NCBI GenBank assembly: GCA_964187785.1
Contig: OZ076409.1
Location: forward strand, 87,670,159-87,734,000
Length of the DNA stretch: 63,842 bases
Direction of reading: 5' to 3'
Source of the DNA: Amphiscolops sp. MND2022
Lineage: Eukaryota
Made by a program: the position numbers and the translations under genes. This document shows positions 25,071-38,277 of the stretch, in pieces (within the stretch, counting starts at the first letter, position 1; every line of letters starts with the position of its first letter). Below the pieces are notes generated by a model. The model was not told where the DNA came from. It saw only the letters and a program-made list of their open reading frames with translations, and did no database searches.

Positions 25071-25924
25071 GAAACAAAACTTAAACTCCAAAAAACTTAG
25101 ATGAAAATTTGAAGAAAAACCTCACATTGCAAATGGGGAAACCCCCCCCCAAATGGGTTTTCTCAAAGTCTCTTAGTCATAGAGCCATGAAACTTGGCAC
25201 ACATACGCAGATACCTAACACGAACACACCGGCTAAGTTTCAAGGTCATTCACCCATTATAACCTTCTTTACCCCTCACATGTGTAGTTATCAAGGTCAT
25301 TGAACCAAAAATGTAAACTTTGTTATTTACCCATATGACCACATTAGAATGTAACTCTGTTGGAATTAGTGATATTTACCTTGTGTAAACATGCTCTAGA
25401 GCCCACCAAATCAACATGCTAAAACCACCATGTGCTTTGTTTACATAGCCAATAACTTTAATAATTCACTCAAATGTCATTTATTTATACCACATATTTC
25501 AACTTATATTTACTGTAGAATTGTAAACCATATGTATACCATTATTAGATAGAGATTTTCTCCACTGAATAGCTATAGTCAAGTTGGGTCTCAGGACCGC
25601 GAGACTAATTAATCAACTTCTCAATCTTCACAACTTTTCGCTAGAGTCAGAGCGACTAAGTAGCTACTCTCATAGTTGGAGAGCCGGAGCGCGTGAAGAT
25701 ACTGTGAGGGAAGTGTGTGCAGGATCACATCGGATCCAAATCAGTGCAAAGCGGAATCGCAGGAGATTCCACGGGTCACATCGGACCCACAAGCCAAAAG
25801 ATACAGTCCTTTAAACAAGAAAACCAGGATTTGTTTAGTGACGGTCCACAGCACTAAGCAACGGATCAGGGCGGCGTAAAGCTTGTCAAGCCTCAGCGCA
25901 GGATAAAGGCAAGCAGCCGTTACA
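25016..25924 (+). repeat. BEL/Pao 3' LTR (909 bp)
   Basis: Direct repeat of 20766-21673, followed by TSD ACGTC. Confidence 0.95.
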
Positions 25925-26995
25925 ACGTCAATTGGTATGCCTTCAAACTTGTCTGCGTCCTACTAACGACAAATATACATGTATTCTTGTTTCTTTTGCC
26001 GCTTTGTTTACTCAGCGCAGTATTGACGTCCTAAATCACTTTAATTGCTGTTCAAAGAGTAATTAAGCTGTCTTTCTAAGAAAAGGCTTAATCACCACGG
26101 TGTGTTGTCTCACTGTAATTTCCTGTTTTAGGTCCGAATGAAATGTATTTTCTCGGGATTAGTTTTGATGTATTTTCATTTTGATTAGCTTATGGTCTCT
26201 TTATTCTTGGGACAGTTTTATTCTAATTTTCAGGTTGTGAATGTTTCATTTGTCGTGGCTGGCTCGTCCAGCCAAACATGCGTGAAATCATTTTTGGATT
26301 ATTTTGCTTCCCTTTTTCATTTCCGCTCAAATTTGCGCGCGGTAAATGTGTATTTTACATTTCCGGTACTATTTTATTCAATTTTGCGAGAGCATGAAAA
26401 ATCTAGAACGCGTTCACTAGTTTTATTTGGAATTTTTGCTAGGCAAAAGTATTATTGCATTTCAAGTCACAGTTTATTTAAATTTAGTTAGAGTTCGAGT
26501 TAATAGCCAAAATACCTCTTCGTGAGTCTTGCGGTGCACCCATGTCCACGCCCAAAGCCAACTCTCCTGCATCCGCAATCCAGTCCGGGAGCGGACTGTG
26601 ACACATGACTTGATCTGTTTTGGATTTTCTACAACTTTTTAAACACATAATGCCCAGTATTAGTATTACATTAAGAAGGCTGATAAGAACTTGTGACATT
26701 GCTCACACCCAAGGAATGCGTTTTAATAAAATGACAATAGAGTTAACATCCTTGAATAGTGCTCACATCCTTGAATCTCATTATATGACTTCATATTGCC
26801 CTTATTGCCCTTGAACCTTTTAGTATGATTGACATAGATATTTCTGACTGCATCAAGTATTAATTGTTTTGGTATATAACACGTCGGTCGTTCTATTTTC
26901 CTATCATGCTGGCATGAGAGTAAGCCACTTTGAAACCACAGCTTCAAGAAGACCAATGCTTTGCATCTCAGTTGAAAATACGGTACCATACCTTG

Positions 26996-28833
26996 TGTCG
27001 CCAGGCTACACTCGCGAGATGTCCGGGTGCAGCACCGATAAGCAGATCAACTCTGTAACACCCTTCACGACACCCGAAAATTCAATTCCGACGTTATAGA
27101 CTTTGGAAAACATTCAACTTGTACCATAAATCGAGAAACTTGTTCTCAAATAGATGTTCTTGTTGCTATTTCTCATAAATGTTCAATATACACCGTTTGT
27201 TGACGTTGATTTGCAAGGTTTAATGCCCTAATTGATTTAATAGCAGTTTAACCGTTGAGAAATACAGAAGAAAAAAGAGAAAACGTTTAATAAACTAGTC
27301 ATTAGTAACAATGTTACTAATTTGACCAGAAGCAAACCCCTATTTTTACTCTCCAGCTATATTGTAGGAGATTCTGTCATACAAAGCGGTAATTTCCACA
27401 TAACAGCCTATTTATATCGTGATTATGCAAGAAGTGTGCGAAAACAGTATGATGTTTCATTTTGTAAACAGCATAACAAACCATCCGCTCTAAGTACTAG
27501 TGGATTAAGCTGCATTATGCAGTTTGTATTAATCAGCATATACTGTATTTCTAGTGAAACAGCATAATATGAACACATATACTGATGCTTATGCTTTACT
27601 TTGTTATATGCGGAAATCACTCAGAAACAGTATGATGATTTAACTTGGAAACAGCATATGCAGAAATCACTCAGAAACAGTATGATGACACAACTTAGAA
27701 ACAGCACATACAGAATTAACCAAGATACGGCATGAGGGACTGACACAGAAACAGCCTATGCGGGAATTTCAGGAAAACAGCATGATGTTCGCACTGTAAA
27801 ACAGTATATTGAACGCCAATAACACAACGCTACCCAACTATGTTGCATTATGCGGTTTTCACAAAACTGCATATGCAGAAATATATTGGAAAACAGCAAA
27901 AATTGCATAATAAGCTGCATTAATCCGCCGCTACCTTGATGCTTTATTTAGACCTACTAGGGATATGATGTCATGATTTATTTGTAACTTCTGACCCTAG
28001 AAACATGACGTTATGATGATTTATATAAAATTGCTGGTCATGCTACTAAAAATACCATCCAATGAAAGCATTTGAAGAGAGACCCTGAAAACCACATTTT
28101 CCCCACATGCATACTACTCAAATCACACTCGGAATACAGTCACCGAAACCAGAGAAACACTTTTCATCACCTTAAAGTCTTGCAGTTTCTTCCTTTGTAA
28201 AAATAACTCCAAGTTTTCTTTTTAAACAATATCTTTGAAAATGAAAAATTCTTCGCAACCTAAAATTGTTTTCAACATGGGAAATAGAAGAAATAGACGT
28301 AAAAGAAGAACAGTATCCCAATCTCCAGATAGAGACTAGAATACTTCAGAAACAAGTCTTTTACAAGGTAATGCGACTTCAGCTCAACTAATGTTTCTGA
28401 AAATTAAATAACATCTTCGACAGGAACCTAGGTATTGAGTTGACAGACCCTTCACAAATCAGCAATGAAACAGAGGTAATCTCACAAAGGCTAAAGGAAC
28501 AAAATAATGCTAAGATGACACAGATTGAAGAACAACTAAATAGCAAATTTGATGAGATACTTAAAGAAATCAGAACAAATAAAAACCATAATGTAACAAC
28601 TAATGGAGAGGATGTCGAGAGTAGACCAACCCGTCCTTCTAACTCAAAAGGTAAGAGTCTCAGGAGTGAACACGCATCAAACACGACAATAGAAAGAGAT
28701 CAGGATGATCGGTTCTACCCATCCGAAATGACTGAACTAAGACAACCATATACTGCTCTTGGAATTGAAAATGAAACTCTAGACGAAACCATTACAATAA
28801 ACAAAAACAGACAGGAAAACACCGATCATCACA
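26996..28833 (+). repeat. Element C 5' LTR (1838 bp)
   Basis: The last ~490 bp are repeated at 34869-35361; PBS at 28834-28844. Confidence 0.85.
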
Positions 28834-31147
28834 TGGTGACAGGATCTCCCAAGATTATCCTGAAACAGAGTTCTACTAAGTCCAACACAATAAAGCCAAT
28901 CGGACCACACGCAGAAACTCTTCTCGAACATCCTCAAACATCAGACCCCCTCAGCCAATTTGCATTAGCAATTGAAAAACAGGCACGACAAAACCCAGAA
29001 CTCTCAATCTTCCACCCGAGAAACAAACTTACCTTTAACAGTAAATTAGAGAAGAATGAAAAGTGCGAGTACTTTGGAGATCTCATGAAGATGTCTGAAA
29101 ACACTCAAGAACATACAAAGAACATCTACGACAACACTTGAAGACATCCTAGTAGTCTTCCGCAGAAAGTATGTCAAGCCCAAATCTAGCGCTTCAGCCA
29201 AACATAGATTTAGCAGGCTTATGTTCCAACCCGAAACCCAGAAGCTAATCAACTTTCTTGAAGACCTCCAAGAGCGCGTGGAAAAAGCATTTGGGGAAGC
29301 AGCGCCACAAAAGATCGAAAGCCTCATATACGCAAAAATGCTTCCCCACTTGAAGAAATCAATCAACCATGCGTACCTTGAAAATGGTACATATGAACAA
29401 ATCGTTTGACACCTAGAACGCGAAATGGAGCTCAACCGACTCGAAGCGGATGAGCCCATTGTCAAAACGCAGATGACAGCAGTAAAACAGCAAACTAACT
29501 CACAAAACACTGAAACTCCGTCACAAATTACAAAAACAAAGACAAAAACTCCCAACACAGTACCCAATAACACTCTTCAGAACAATCAATGTCGTTAATG
29601 CAAGGACGAAGGCCACATGGCAAAAAAAATGCCCAAAATTTGCAAAGCGACAAAAATCGGACAATGATCCAGATGCATCACGATGCTCCCATTGTAACAC
29701 CACAGGTCATGAAGAAACCAATTGTTATGTTGAAGCCAACATGGAAAATTGGCTACCTAGTGGACACTCACAGAAACTCAACAAAAACTCATTGATGAGT
29801 ACAAAAAATCAAACAAACCCATCAACCCCCAAAACTTGAAACCTTCAACATCGGAGGATTTAAACTAACAAAGCCACGCCTTCGAACAACAACACCACGA
29901 AAACAACTCTCAGCAGATGACTGGCAGCATCCGCCGAGCTCAAAACCTAATATAATCACAGTCTTCGATCACAACTTGACCAACAATAAAAATGACTCAC
30001 AAACTGCAACACCTGACAACCCCATCGAGGATCTAAATGACTTACTCATAGGTGCTCCAGACAACTACATACTGCGACAAATCTTCGAACCTGAAACCGA
30101 ACAAGAGACACAAAATCAACATCCCAACACTTCGTACCCTCAAGAAACACAAACTAATCACCCAAACACACAATCCATATCAACAACTCAAATTGACGTT
30201 GAAGTCACGTCAGAATTAACAAAAACTCCTTTTAATGCATCGCCTGGAAATCAACCCCTCCTTGACAATGATGTTTTCAATCATCTAACCACAGATGAAG
30301 GTAATAACATCATGTACTTAAACCTCTCCACAATTCTTACTCTCAAAAAGAAACGCCATATGTAATATTTCCCCATGGATTTCGAAAAGCTAACGCCGGA
30401 TGGACTCATTGATACAGGTGCTCTTACCAGAGCGTTTTCCGAAGCTGATCCTAATTAAAAAAACTCTTAGCAAAGGAAGCAATTAAAGATACCGGACCAG
30501 CACTAAATTCCCAAAATATGGTGGCAAACGGTCAACTCGAACGCCCCATAGGAACTCTCCAACGTGAATTTGAGGTAGCAGATTTCCAGTTCCAAGAAAA
30601 CTTTATCGTGATGAAGACATTACCTAACCCACTCATTGGCCTGTGCTTCCTACAGAGACACAATGCTCTTTTCAATGTACGACAGAGAATAATAACATTC
30701 CCATACCTGTCGATGCAACTACGCCCAGAACACACAACAAACATACGAGCAGCAAAACCTCTACTGACAGAAACTACATTCACCCTCCAACCTGGAGAAA
30801 CTCTTGCAATCTCCAACAAAATGCCACACTTGATAGACCACAATTCCACAGGCATTGTCACACCGTCTTCACGCATGGAGGACCACGGAAGTATTTTCAT
30901 TACGTCTTCATTGAAAAAGGTCAACAACAATGCAGTAGGCTATCAAGCGATCAATTTCTCGGATATGCCATACACCCTTCCAATAGATACACACATGGCT
31001 GATTTCCGAGTTCTTACACCAGAACAAATCAAACACATTAAACCCGTCGACCCATCGACTCCCACAATCATAATGCATCAGCATTTGGAAAACACCGATA
31101 TATACCTGAACTAACTCATGAAAGTCAATCAAACTCCAGATAAACAG
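28277..31147 (+). pseudogene. gag-pol: Element C gag and 5' pol (protease LIDTGA, dUTPase-like), multiple stops and frameshifts, cut by the BEL insertion
   Basis: Starts MGNRRNRRKRR; homology to A (RKYVKP, YAKMLP..LKKSIN, MVANGQLE); slippery TTTAAAC at 29859-29865. Confidence 0.85.
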
Positions 31148-33893
31148 TGTAACGGCTGCTCGATCCCTTCACTTGACCAATTTTTACGCCGCCCTGATTT
31201 CAGTGCTAGGCACTGCGGATCGTTACCGAACACTGCTTGCTTCTTAGAAAAAAAGGACTGTATCTTGACTTGGTGGGATCCAATGATCCCGAATTGCACT
31301 TCTTCCTTATCTCTTAACACGTCCAACTCTCCACAACTTGAGAGTAACTAACTTAGTCGCCCTAAGTCTTTGGCGAAAAGTCGAAAAGAGGTGAAGAAAT
31401 GAGTTGAGAATATGTGTGGTCCTGAGACCCACTTTTAATACAGCTTTCCAATCAATTTGTGCCTGTCTAGTAATGGTATACATATCGTTTACAGTTATTC
31501 GATAAATATGATTTGAAATATGAAGTATAAATAAATGACATTTAAAGCATAATATGAATTTATTGGCTAAGTAAACAAACTATGTGGTGGTTCTGACATG
31601 ATTTTTAGGTAGGCTAGAAAGTATGTTTACACTAAGTAAATATCATTAATTTCAACAGAGCTACAGTCTAATGTGATCATATAGATAACTAATGGTGTTT
31701 ACATTTTTGGCACAATGACCTTGAATATCGCACATGTGAAGGGGAAAGGGGGTTATAGTGGGTGAATGATTTTGAAACTTAGCCGATGTGTCCGTGATTG
31801 GTTGTTGCATGTGTGTGCTATGTTTCATGGCTCTACGACTTTCAATTGTCGAGAAAATCCCGACTGGAGGGGTTTCGATTTGGTCCCCTTTGACTTTTCA
31901 TTAAAATGTCATATAGGTTTTTCAAGAGTTTCAGTCTTGTTTCTCAACCTGCATGACCCAAATGGACTTTCTGTGCTTTCGGATGACTAGCGCCAGCATT
32001 GCCGGCCCTGTTTTTTTCCCGAAAAATACTTTCGTAGAACAAGGGTTCCAGTTTCACTACTGGTCTTTTATATTTGCCATCTTTAGTCACAACATTCGCA
32101 GATCTGACTCTGCCATCGCTTCCTTCTTGTACTTCCAAAACTCTCGCCATCTTGTAGTTGGACCGCTTCACCTTTTCATCCACGACCCAAACCAAATCAT
32201 TCACTCTCAGTTGTCTCACATCATCTTTGTTCCATTTATTACGCACATTCCTTTCCGGTAAATATTCTTTAGCCCATCTGGTCCAGATTATATCTGAAAA
32301 AGCTTGTGATACTCTAAATACCCGTCTCAAGTCCGTGTAGCGTTGAGAATCTGGTAGGAAAGGGTCGCTAAATTTGCCCTTCCCAATAAGAAATGATTTG
32401 GTGTCAAAGCTTCCAAGTCATCTGGATCATCACTAACACTTGTCAGTGGTCTAGCATTCAACGTTTGCTCTACTAGGCACATAGTTGTTATGAGAATGTC
32501 GTCTGTCAAGGATTGTCCATCCAATACAGCTATCATCGCTTTTTTACAACTTCGAACCAATCGTTCCCAGATTCCTCCAAAATGAGGGGCTCCTGGATGG
32601 TTGAATTTCCACTTGATGTCCTTTTGAGCTAGCGACGTCTCAATGTCTGACTGATTCCATGCATCTACACAATCTCTCATTTTTTGGCTGCACCCACGAA
32701 GTTCGTTCTAATGGCGCTCAAAATTGTAGCAGGTTTGCCTCTCCAGGCAAAAAACCGTGTGATGGCAGTTAAGCAGGTATCTGCTTCCAAAGATGGAACA
32801 ACTTCGATGTGTACTGCTCTAGTCGTCAAACAGTTGAAGAGACAGCACCAACTTTTCATAGTCTTGCGCATGAACTTCACTTCAAACGGACCAAAACAAT
32901 CAACTCCAGTGTTGGTAAAGGGAACCACTCGTTCCTGCAACCTCTCTCGTTGTAAGTCAGCCACGAATGTTTGAGACACTCCCGCTCGTTGCTTTCTACA
33001 TTTAACACATTTCGCTTTGACACTCCTAAGAGCGTTACGCAAACCAATAATCCAGTATTCTTGCCTCAGAACACGTCTGACGTATTCTGTGCCTTCATGA
33101 AAAATTGCTCGATGCGCATCTTCAATCAACTTGATAACAACATAATGCTTTGCTGACAACAAGATTCGGTGTTTGATTTCATAACTTGACTTTGAATGTT
33201 TCAGTCGACCTTGTAGTCGCAGCAACTCAATTTCGTCCAGAAACGGCGACAATTTATTCAACTGATCTGAAGCCGACAACGGCTGCCCTTTGGAGATCTT
33301 CTCGTAGTCATCATGAAAACTTTCCTTCTGACAACGCTTCAAAATTGGCAGTTTTGCCGCATTGACTTCTTCAACTGTCAGAATTCCTTCAGATTTCTTT
33401 TTCCTTCATCTAAGGCAGTATGCCAGCACTCGAATCATTTTCTTGAAAGACCCAAATCTTTCCCATTTGAATGCTAGTTCCAATACCGCAACTTCCGTGA
33501 CTGGTTCAGGCTCTTCTCGAATGCTAAATTGTAACTTTTTAGGTGCCTTAGGCCAGGCGTTTCTGTCTCGGTGAGCCACGCCGGCCCTGTGAGCCACTCA
33601 CTTTCCTTTAGGGCTTCAACTGTCATTTCTCGAGTTCCGATGTCAGCAGGATTCAGTTTTCCTTCAACATGCTGCCATTGATCAGTAGTTGAAGTTTCGA
33701 GAGTTTCAGCATTGCGGTTTGCCACAAAGACCGGTTGTTTGTTGTTGCTTGCGTGAAGCAAATGTAGGACCGTTGTTGAATCTGTCCAATGTATAAATCG
33801 ATTGACTTCAATATCATGTTCTTCCAAAATAGGCTCTCGCAGTCTTACTCCAAAAACTGCGGCCTGCATCTCCATCTTAGCCACTGTCATGTT
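31148..33893 (-). mobile_element. BEL/Pao remnant: 3' LTR (31148-31998) plus decayed RNase H-integrase
   Basis: WTDSTTVL, NPADIGTR, CVKC, TGVDCFGP, TTRAVHIE, PHFGGIWERLV and LTPNHFLLG are BEL/Pao motifs; LTR related to the 20766 element; left-hand junction with Tc1 approximate. Confidence 0.9.
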
Positions 33894-34868
33894 TTGTTTT
33901 GGAGTCTACATTGGAGAATTGGTATTTCTTCATTCTCTACATTTGAGTGCGGTGGAGCGTTGTTAAAAATGCAATATCCATCAGATGTTAGAACACTATC
34001 AAGTAAGAAATTTCCAAAAACAACTTGCAGGAAGTTTATGAATTTAGCTTTCGTCATGCCGCCAGTAATGATTTCAAAATGCTCCAAACCTTGATCAGCA
34101 CTAACGGCGACACACACGGTGATGCTGGCACCTTTCTGTCCGGATACTGTTCGGTACGCTCGCTCTCCAGTTTTTGCTCGACCTTGGCTTCTTCGGGTAT
34201 GGATATTGTAAATTTTCTTCATCGTTATTATATTTGGCCTCATTAACCATTTCGCAAATTCGCGACGCGCCTCGATAATTTCGCGGGTGTTTCGCTTGGC
34301 TGGGGAGTCCCGAACAAGTTTCACGGTAAAGCATTGGCCGTCCAAAACACGAGAAAATGCCTGGTCTGTAAATGGTCTGAAAATGCTCCCTGATTTTTGA
34401 ATTGAGATCCTTCAATGTCAAAAGACAATTTTTTTTCCAGTTCTGTCACTGCATACTCAATGATTTCGTCATCAATCTTTTTGGCGTTGCTGTTATCTTT
34501 CGGTAGATTGTTTGGTCGTCCACGCTTAACAATGTTGTAGGCTGTTCATCGGTTAACGTTTTAAATCTTGGCTAATATAACGAAGTCTTCTCCACTGTTG
34601 GCAGCGTCTAAGATCCTTTGTTTCGTTTCAGTGGATATCTTGGAACAATTTCCACGAAGCATTTTTAAAAGTGAAAGTGCAATGTTCAACTTGAACGGAG
34701 TTTGTTCAATTCTAATTCACGTTGATCAATCTTTAATCAATCATTTCCGTTCTGTTCAATTCAATTGTATTTTGATCAATTCAATCTTGTTTTTGACGTT
34801 TTGTTCAATTCGAACGTACTTTTGTTCAAATCGAATGAATTTTTGTTCAATTTGGCTGTGAAAAGGTG
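33894..34868 (-). mobile_element. IS630/Tc1-type DNA transposon remnant (5' half, decayed transposase from ATG at 34662)
   Basis: HTH-like N-terminus, YNIHTRRSQGRA...GERA, SITVCVAVS, IFNNAPPH (DNAxxH equivalent); terminus CACCTTTTCACAGCC next to a TA in C's 3' LTR. Confidence 0.8.
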
Positions 34869-35361
34869 TACTTCAGAAACAAATCTTTTACAAGGTAATG
34901 CGACTTCAACTCAACTAATGTTTCTGAAAATGTAAATAACATCTTTGACAGGAACCTAGGTATTGAGTTGACACACCCTTCACAAATCAGCAATGGAATA
35001 GAACTAATCTAACAAAGGCTAACAGAACAAAATAAAGCTAAGATGACACAGATTCAAGAACCACTAAATAGCAAATTTGATGAGATACTTAAAGAAATCA
35101 GAACAAACAAAAACCCTAATGCAACAACTGATGAAGAGGATGTCGAGAGTATACCACCCCGTCCTTCTAACTCAAAAGGTAAGAGTCTCAGGAGTGAACA
35201 CGCATCAAACACGACATTAAAAAGAGATCAGGTTGATCGGTTCTGCCCATCCGAAATGAGTGAACTAAGACAACCATATAATGCTCTTGGAATTGAAAAT
35301 GAAACTCTAGACGGAACCATTACAAGAAACGAAAACAGACAGGAAAACACCGATCATCACA
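34869..35361 (+). repeat. Element C 3' LTR remnant
   Basis: Matches ~28342-28833 and is followed by TSD CCTTG. Confidence 0.88.
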
Positions 35362-35883
35362 CCTTGCTATTCGGAGATTCCGAAAGGCACCGACTAATGA
35401 AATTATATTTATTAGGTTTGGGCTGTTTTAACAAGCACAATTGTTAACAACCAAAAAAACTGACTGTCAAGGTTTGGGTGTTTCCACTACCAACTAGGTG
35501 ATATTTTCGAACTCGCGCGCTGAGTATTATCACAAAGGCATCTTCATATTCACGAACTCCAGCTACATGTCTATGTAGACGCTCATTAACTTAGGTTTGT
35601 GCGTTGTTAAGCCAAACTCGCCTCTCTGCGTTTGTGAAAACTTTTCCATGAAAGTATACTGATGCATTTCTGGGTGCTTCACAATTTAAAAAGTGCGACT
35701 CTGGCTGTATCTATATTAAGTTGACAAAACTGAGGTGACTGAAGTCAGATTTTTGTCTACTAAAGATTTTTGTTTCAAACATTTGGAATAAAAATGTCTG
35801 GAATCGCGTTTTTGATAATAGAGTATAGGGACTTGTGGAGTTGATTATTAATGGCGATGTTCAATTGAACGAAAAGATTTTTG

Positions 35884-36196
35884 GGATCTCTTTCACTATA
35901 TCCCCCTACAGCAAAAAGGGGGGAAATAGTGAAAGGCTATTAAAGGCATGTATTGCACATTATAATAGCGCAGATCTGCTCTTATCTAACAACACTTCTG
36001 ATTGGCTGAGTGGTGATTTTGATAAAAAGAACAAATAAAAAGTGTCGTTAGTTATGACGACATCAATTGATTGATAGAATAGCATGAGAGATTAGCCAAT
36101 AGGAGATAAATATAAATGAGCCACAAACATTTATTTTCTCTAGGGGGGACATAGTGTAACGAGTGATATAGGGGGGGGACATAGTGAAAGAGATCC
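35884..36196. mobile_element. Small MITE-like element with ~23-bp inverted ends (GGATCTCTTTCACTATRTCCCCC)
   Basis: Inverted repeat with one mismatch; no clear TSD. Confidence 0.45.
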
Positions 36197-36561
36197 GATT
36201 TTTGGGCACCTCGAATTCCCAGTCGAAGTATGCAAATGTCTTGAAAGGTCGACATTTTCCTAGCACGTATAACGTAATGTCAATTCATTTCTTGCAAAAA
36301 TCTTGCAAGAATCTTGCAGGACAATGTGCAAAAATAATGCATTGACTTGCAAGATCTTGCAAGACGTCTGGCAAAATATTTTCAAGAAATAAACTTTTTC
36401 AACTTAGGGTATAAAAGTTTTTCACTCTATTTGATTTGCTGGAGAAGTTCTCCAGGGGATGATAGGCTTTGAAATATGTTTGGTTGTATTGATAGCGCAT
36501 TTAGGCTCTGAAAAAGATAGCCAGCACATCAGTGTCTTAAAGGGTTTGTATACAGTTATTG

Positions 36562-37373
36562 CCCTGGTCGAGACAAAATGCGTTCCTTGCAAGGATCTTG
36601 CAAGATCCTTGTAAAAATGCAATTACTTGTAAGATCTTGCAAGGAAATTTGTTCCTTGTAAGATCTTGCAAGGAAATGTTTTCCTTGAAAGATCTTGCAA
36701 GGAAATGTTTTCCTTGAAAGATCTTGCAAGGAATTTTTTTTCCTTGGAAGATCTTGCAAGGAAATTCTTTCCCTGCAAGATTCTTGAGTTCAATGTACTT
36801 CATACTGAGAAATTATGTTAACGTAGTCGTGATTTGAGAATAATGTCAAAAACGTTAATAACTATTATTTCAGAAGGGTAATTTAACAAATTGAAAAATA
36901 ATTTCAATCGAAATATTATGCACAGTCTAATTTCAAACCAATAACTGGTACATAACACAATTGGTTGGAAAAAATTTTCAGAATACTTCGAAACTGTATT
37001 TTAAATGTTGCGCCACTGAAATGTACTACTACTTTTCAAATAACTTCACTAAGATCACACTTTTAGAGATATTTTCTAGAGTTTGCATCTTTTTGGTGGT
37101 TGAATCCTCTAGTAAGTAAACCCCGTTCTGTGACAGAATCAAATAGTCACGATGCAGTAGTCAACTTGAAGTCAAAAACAATGAATATAAAAAATAAAAA
37201 AAATTGTCGAGAACCTTCCACGAAATTTTTCTCCTTGGAAGAATCTTGCAAGGAAATTTTTTTTCTTGCAAGATTCTAGCAAGATGTCTTGCAGAAAAAT
37301 GCATTATCTTGCAAGACCTTGAAAGAAAATCTTGCAAGATCCTTGCAAGGAACGCATTTTTTTTCAACCAGGG
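36562..37373. mobile_element. MITE (812 bp) with ~45-bp TIRs and subterminal TCTTGCAAG arrays
   Basis: CCCTGGTYGARAMAAAATGCGTTCCTTGCAAGGATCTTGCAAGAT inverted at both ends; ~30-bp tandem units at 36630-36785; a partial sister end at 36288-36409. Confidence 0.8.
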
Positions 37374-38277
37374 TGTGGCTTATGATTACGACGAGAAACA
37401 CTAAAACCGAAACGTTTTTTCATCGACATCTGTCCTTCCAGGTACGCTTACAGCGACTTTGGCAGAAACCTATTTCAAAGTTTTGTCATCATGTTTAGCA
37501 ATTTTTGGAGTTCAGAAGGATCCATGTTTTAATTTGTTAAATCTACTTGTTGACAATTTATTTTTAGTCACAACACAAAACGGATGTTATACGCCTGAAA
37601 GATAATCAATGTTTCGTCGAAATAACGACGCCTTCAGTAAGTTAAATTTTCCTATGTGTTTAATTTACTTCTGTCAGGAAGTGCGTGAATCCTTTTTGTA
37701 AAGAAAACCTTTAGCGCCAGCAGTGAAAAGTGAAATACAGGAATTAATTTCAGTCACAGATCAATTTCATTCACACTTTTATCTTGAAAAACGTTTCACA
37801 GCAATTGAAATTCAAGCTTATTTTATAGTTCTCGTCAGAAATCTCAGCATTGATGGCATGTATCAAAAAAATTTTGAAGACTTCTGGTCTCTTTTATCGT
37901 TTTGAAATACATTTAACTAACAAAGTTTTCTTATCAGTAATTTCCGCGAAAATTTTCAGAAAAGCGAAGAATTGCAACTATGCGCTATTTTGAAATATGG
38001 GGCAATGATGAAAATTCAGTTTTTCTCAATTTTTCATTCCGAGATGTTTTTACGAAAAACGTGTAAAAGTAAAACTTGAAAATTGGATTGTGAAACGTTT
38101 TGAAGCAATTGTATTTATTCAGTCACGCACCGAATTTTTGTCGGTAAGTGTAGAATAAAATTACTGACAGGGTAAGAAATCGCTCCATCATCATTTGACC
38201 TATTTTAAACAAACTTTACACTTCTCTTTTTAAAGCCTCCATTTTGGGTTCGTTTTGTCTCTTGATTTGTCAGCAAT

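Larger units (their letters stand above)
20766..25924 (+). mobile_element. Non-autonomous BEL/Pao LTR retrotransposon
   Basis: LTRs 20766-21673 and 25016-25924 (TGTTGG...TTACA), TSD ACGTC, PBS TGGTCCGCCGACCCGGA, purine tract before the 3' LTR, ORF ending in a BEL integrase C-terminal motif; no RT or integrase core. Confidence 0.92.
5106..26603 (-). mobile_element. Element B: full-length Ty3/Gypsy LTR retrotransposon with antisense gene and extra ORF; BEL/Pao nested in its 5' LTR
   Basis: Paired TG...CA LTRs, TSD CATGA (5101-5105 and 26604-26608), PBS at 18949-18960, gag and pol in PR-RT-RH-IN order. Confidence 0.95.
18961..26603 (-). repeat. Element B 5' LTR, split by a 5159-bp BEL/Pao insertion
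   Basis: Matches 5106-7585; the empty site GCAGTGACGTCAATTGG is seen at ~6901-6917. Confidence 0.95.
26996..35361 (+). mobile_element. Element C: degenerate, internally deleted Gypsy of the same lineage
   Basis: TSD CCTTG (26991-26995 and 35362-35366); 5' LTR TGTCG...CATCACA followed by PBS TGGTGACAGG; decayed gag and protease. Confidence 0.85.
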
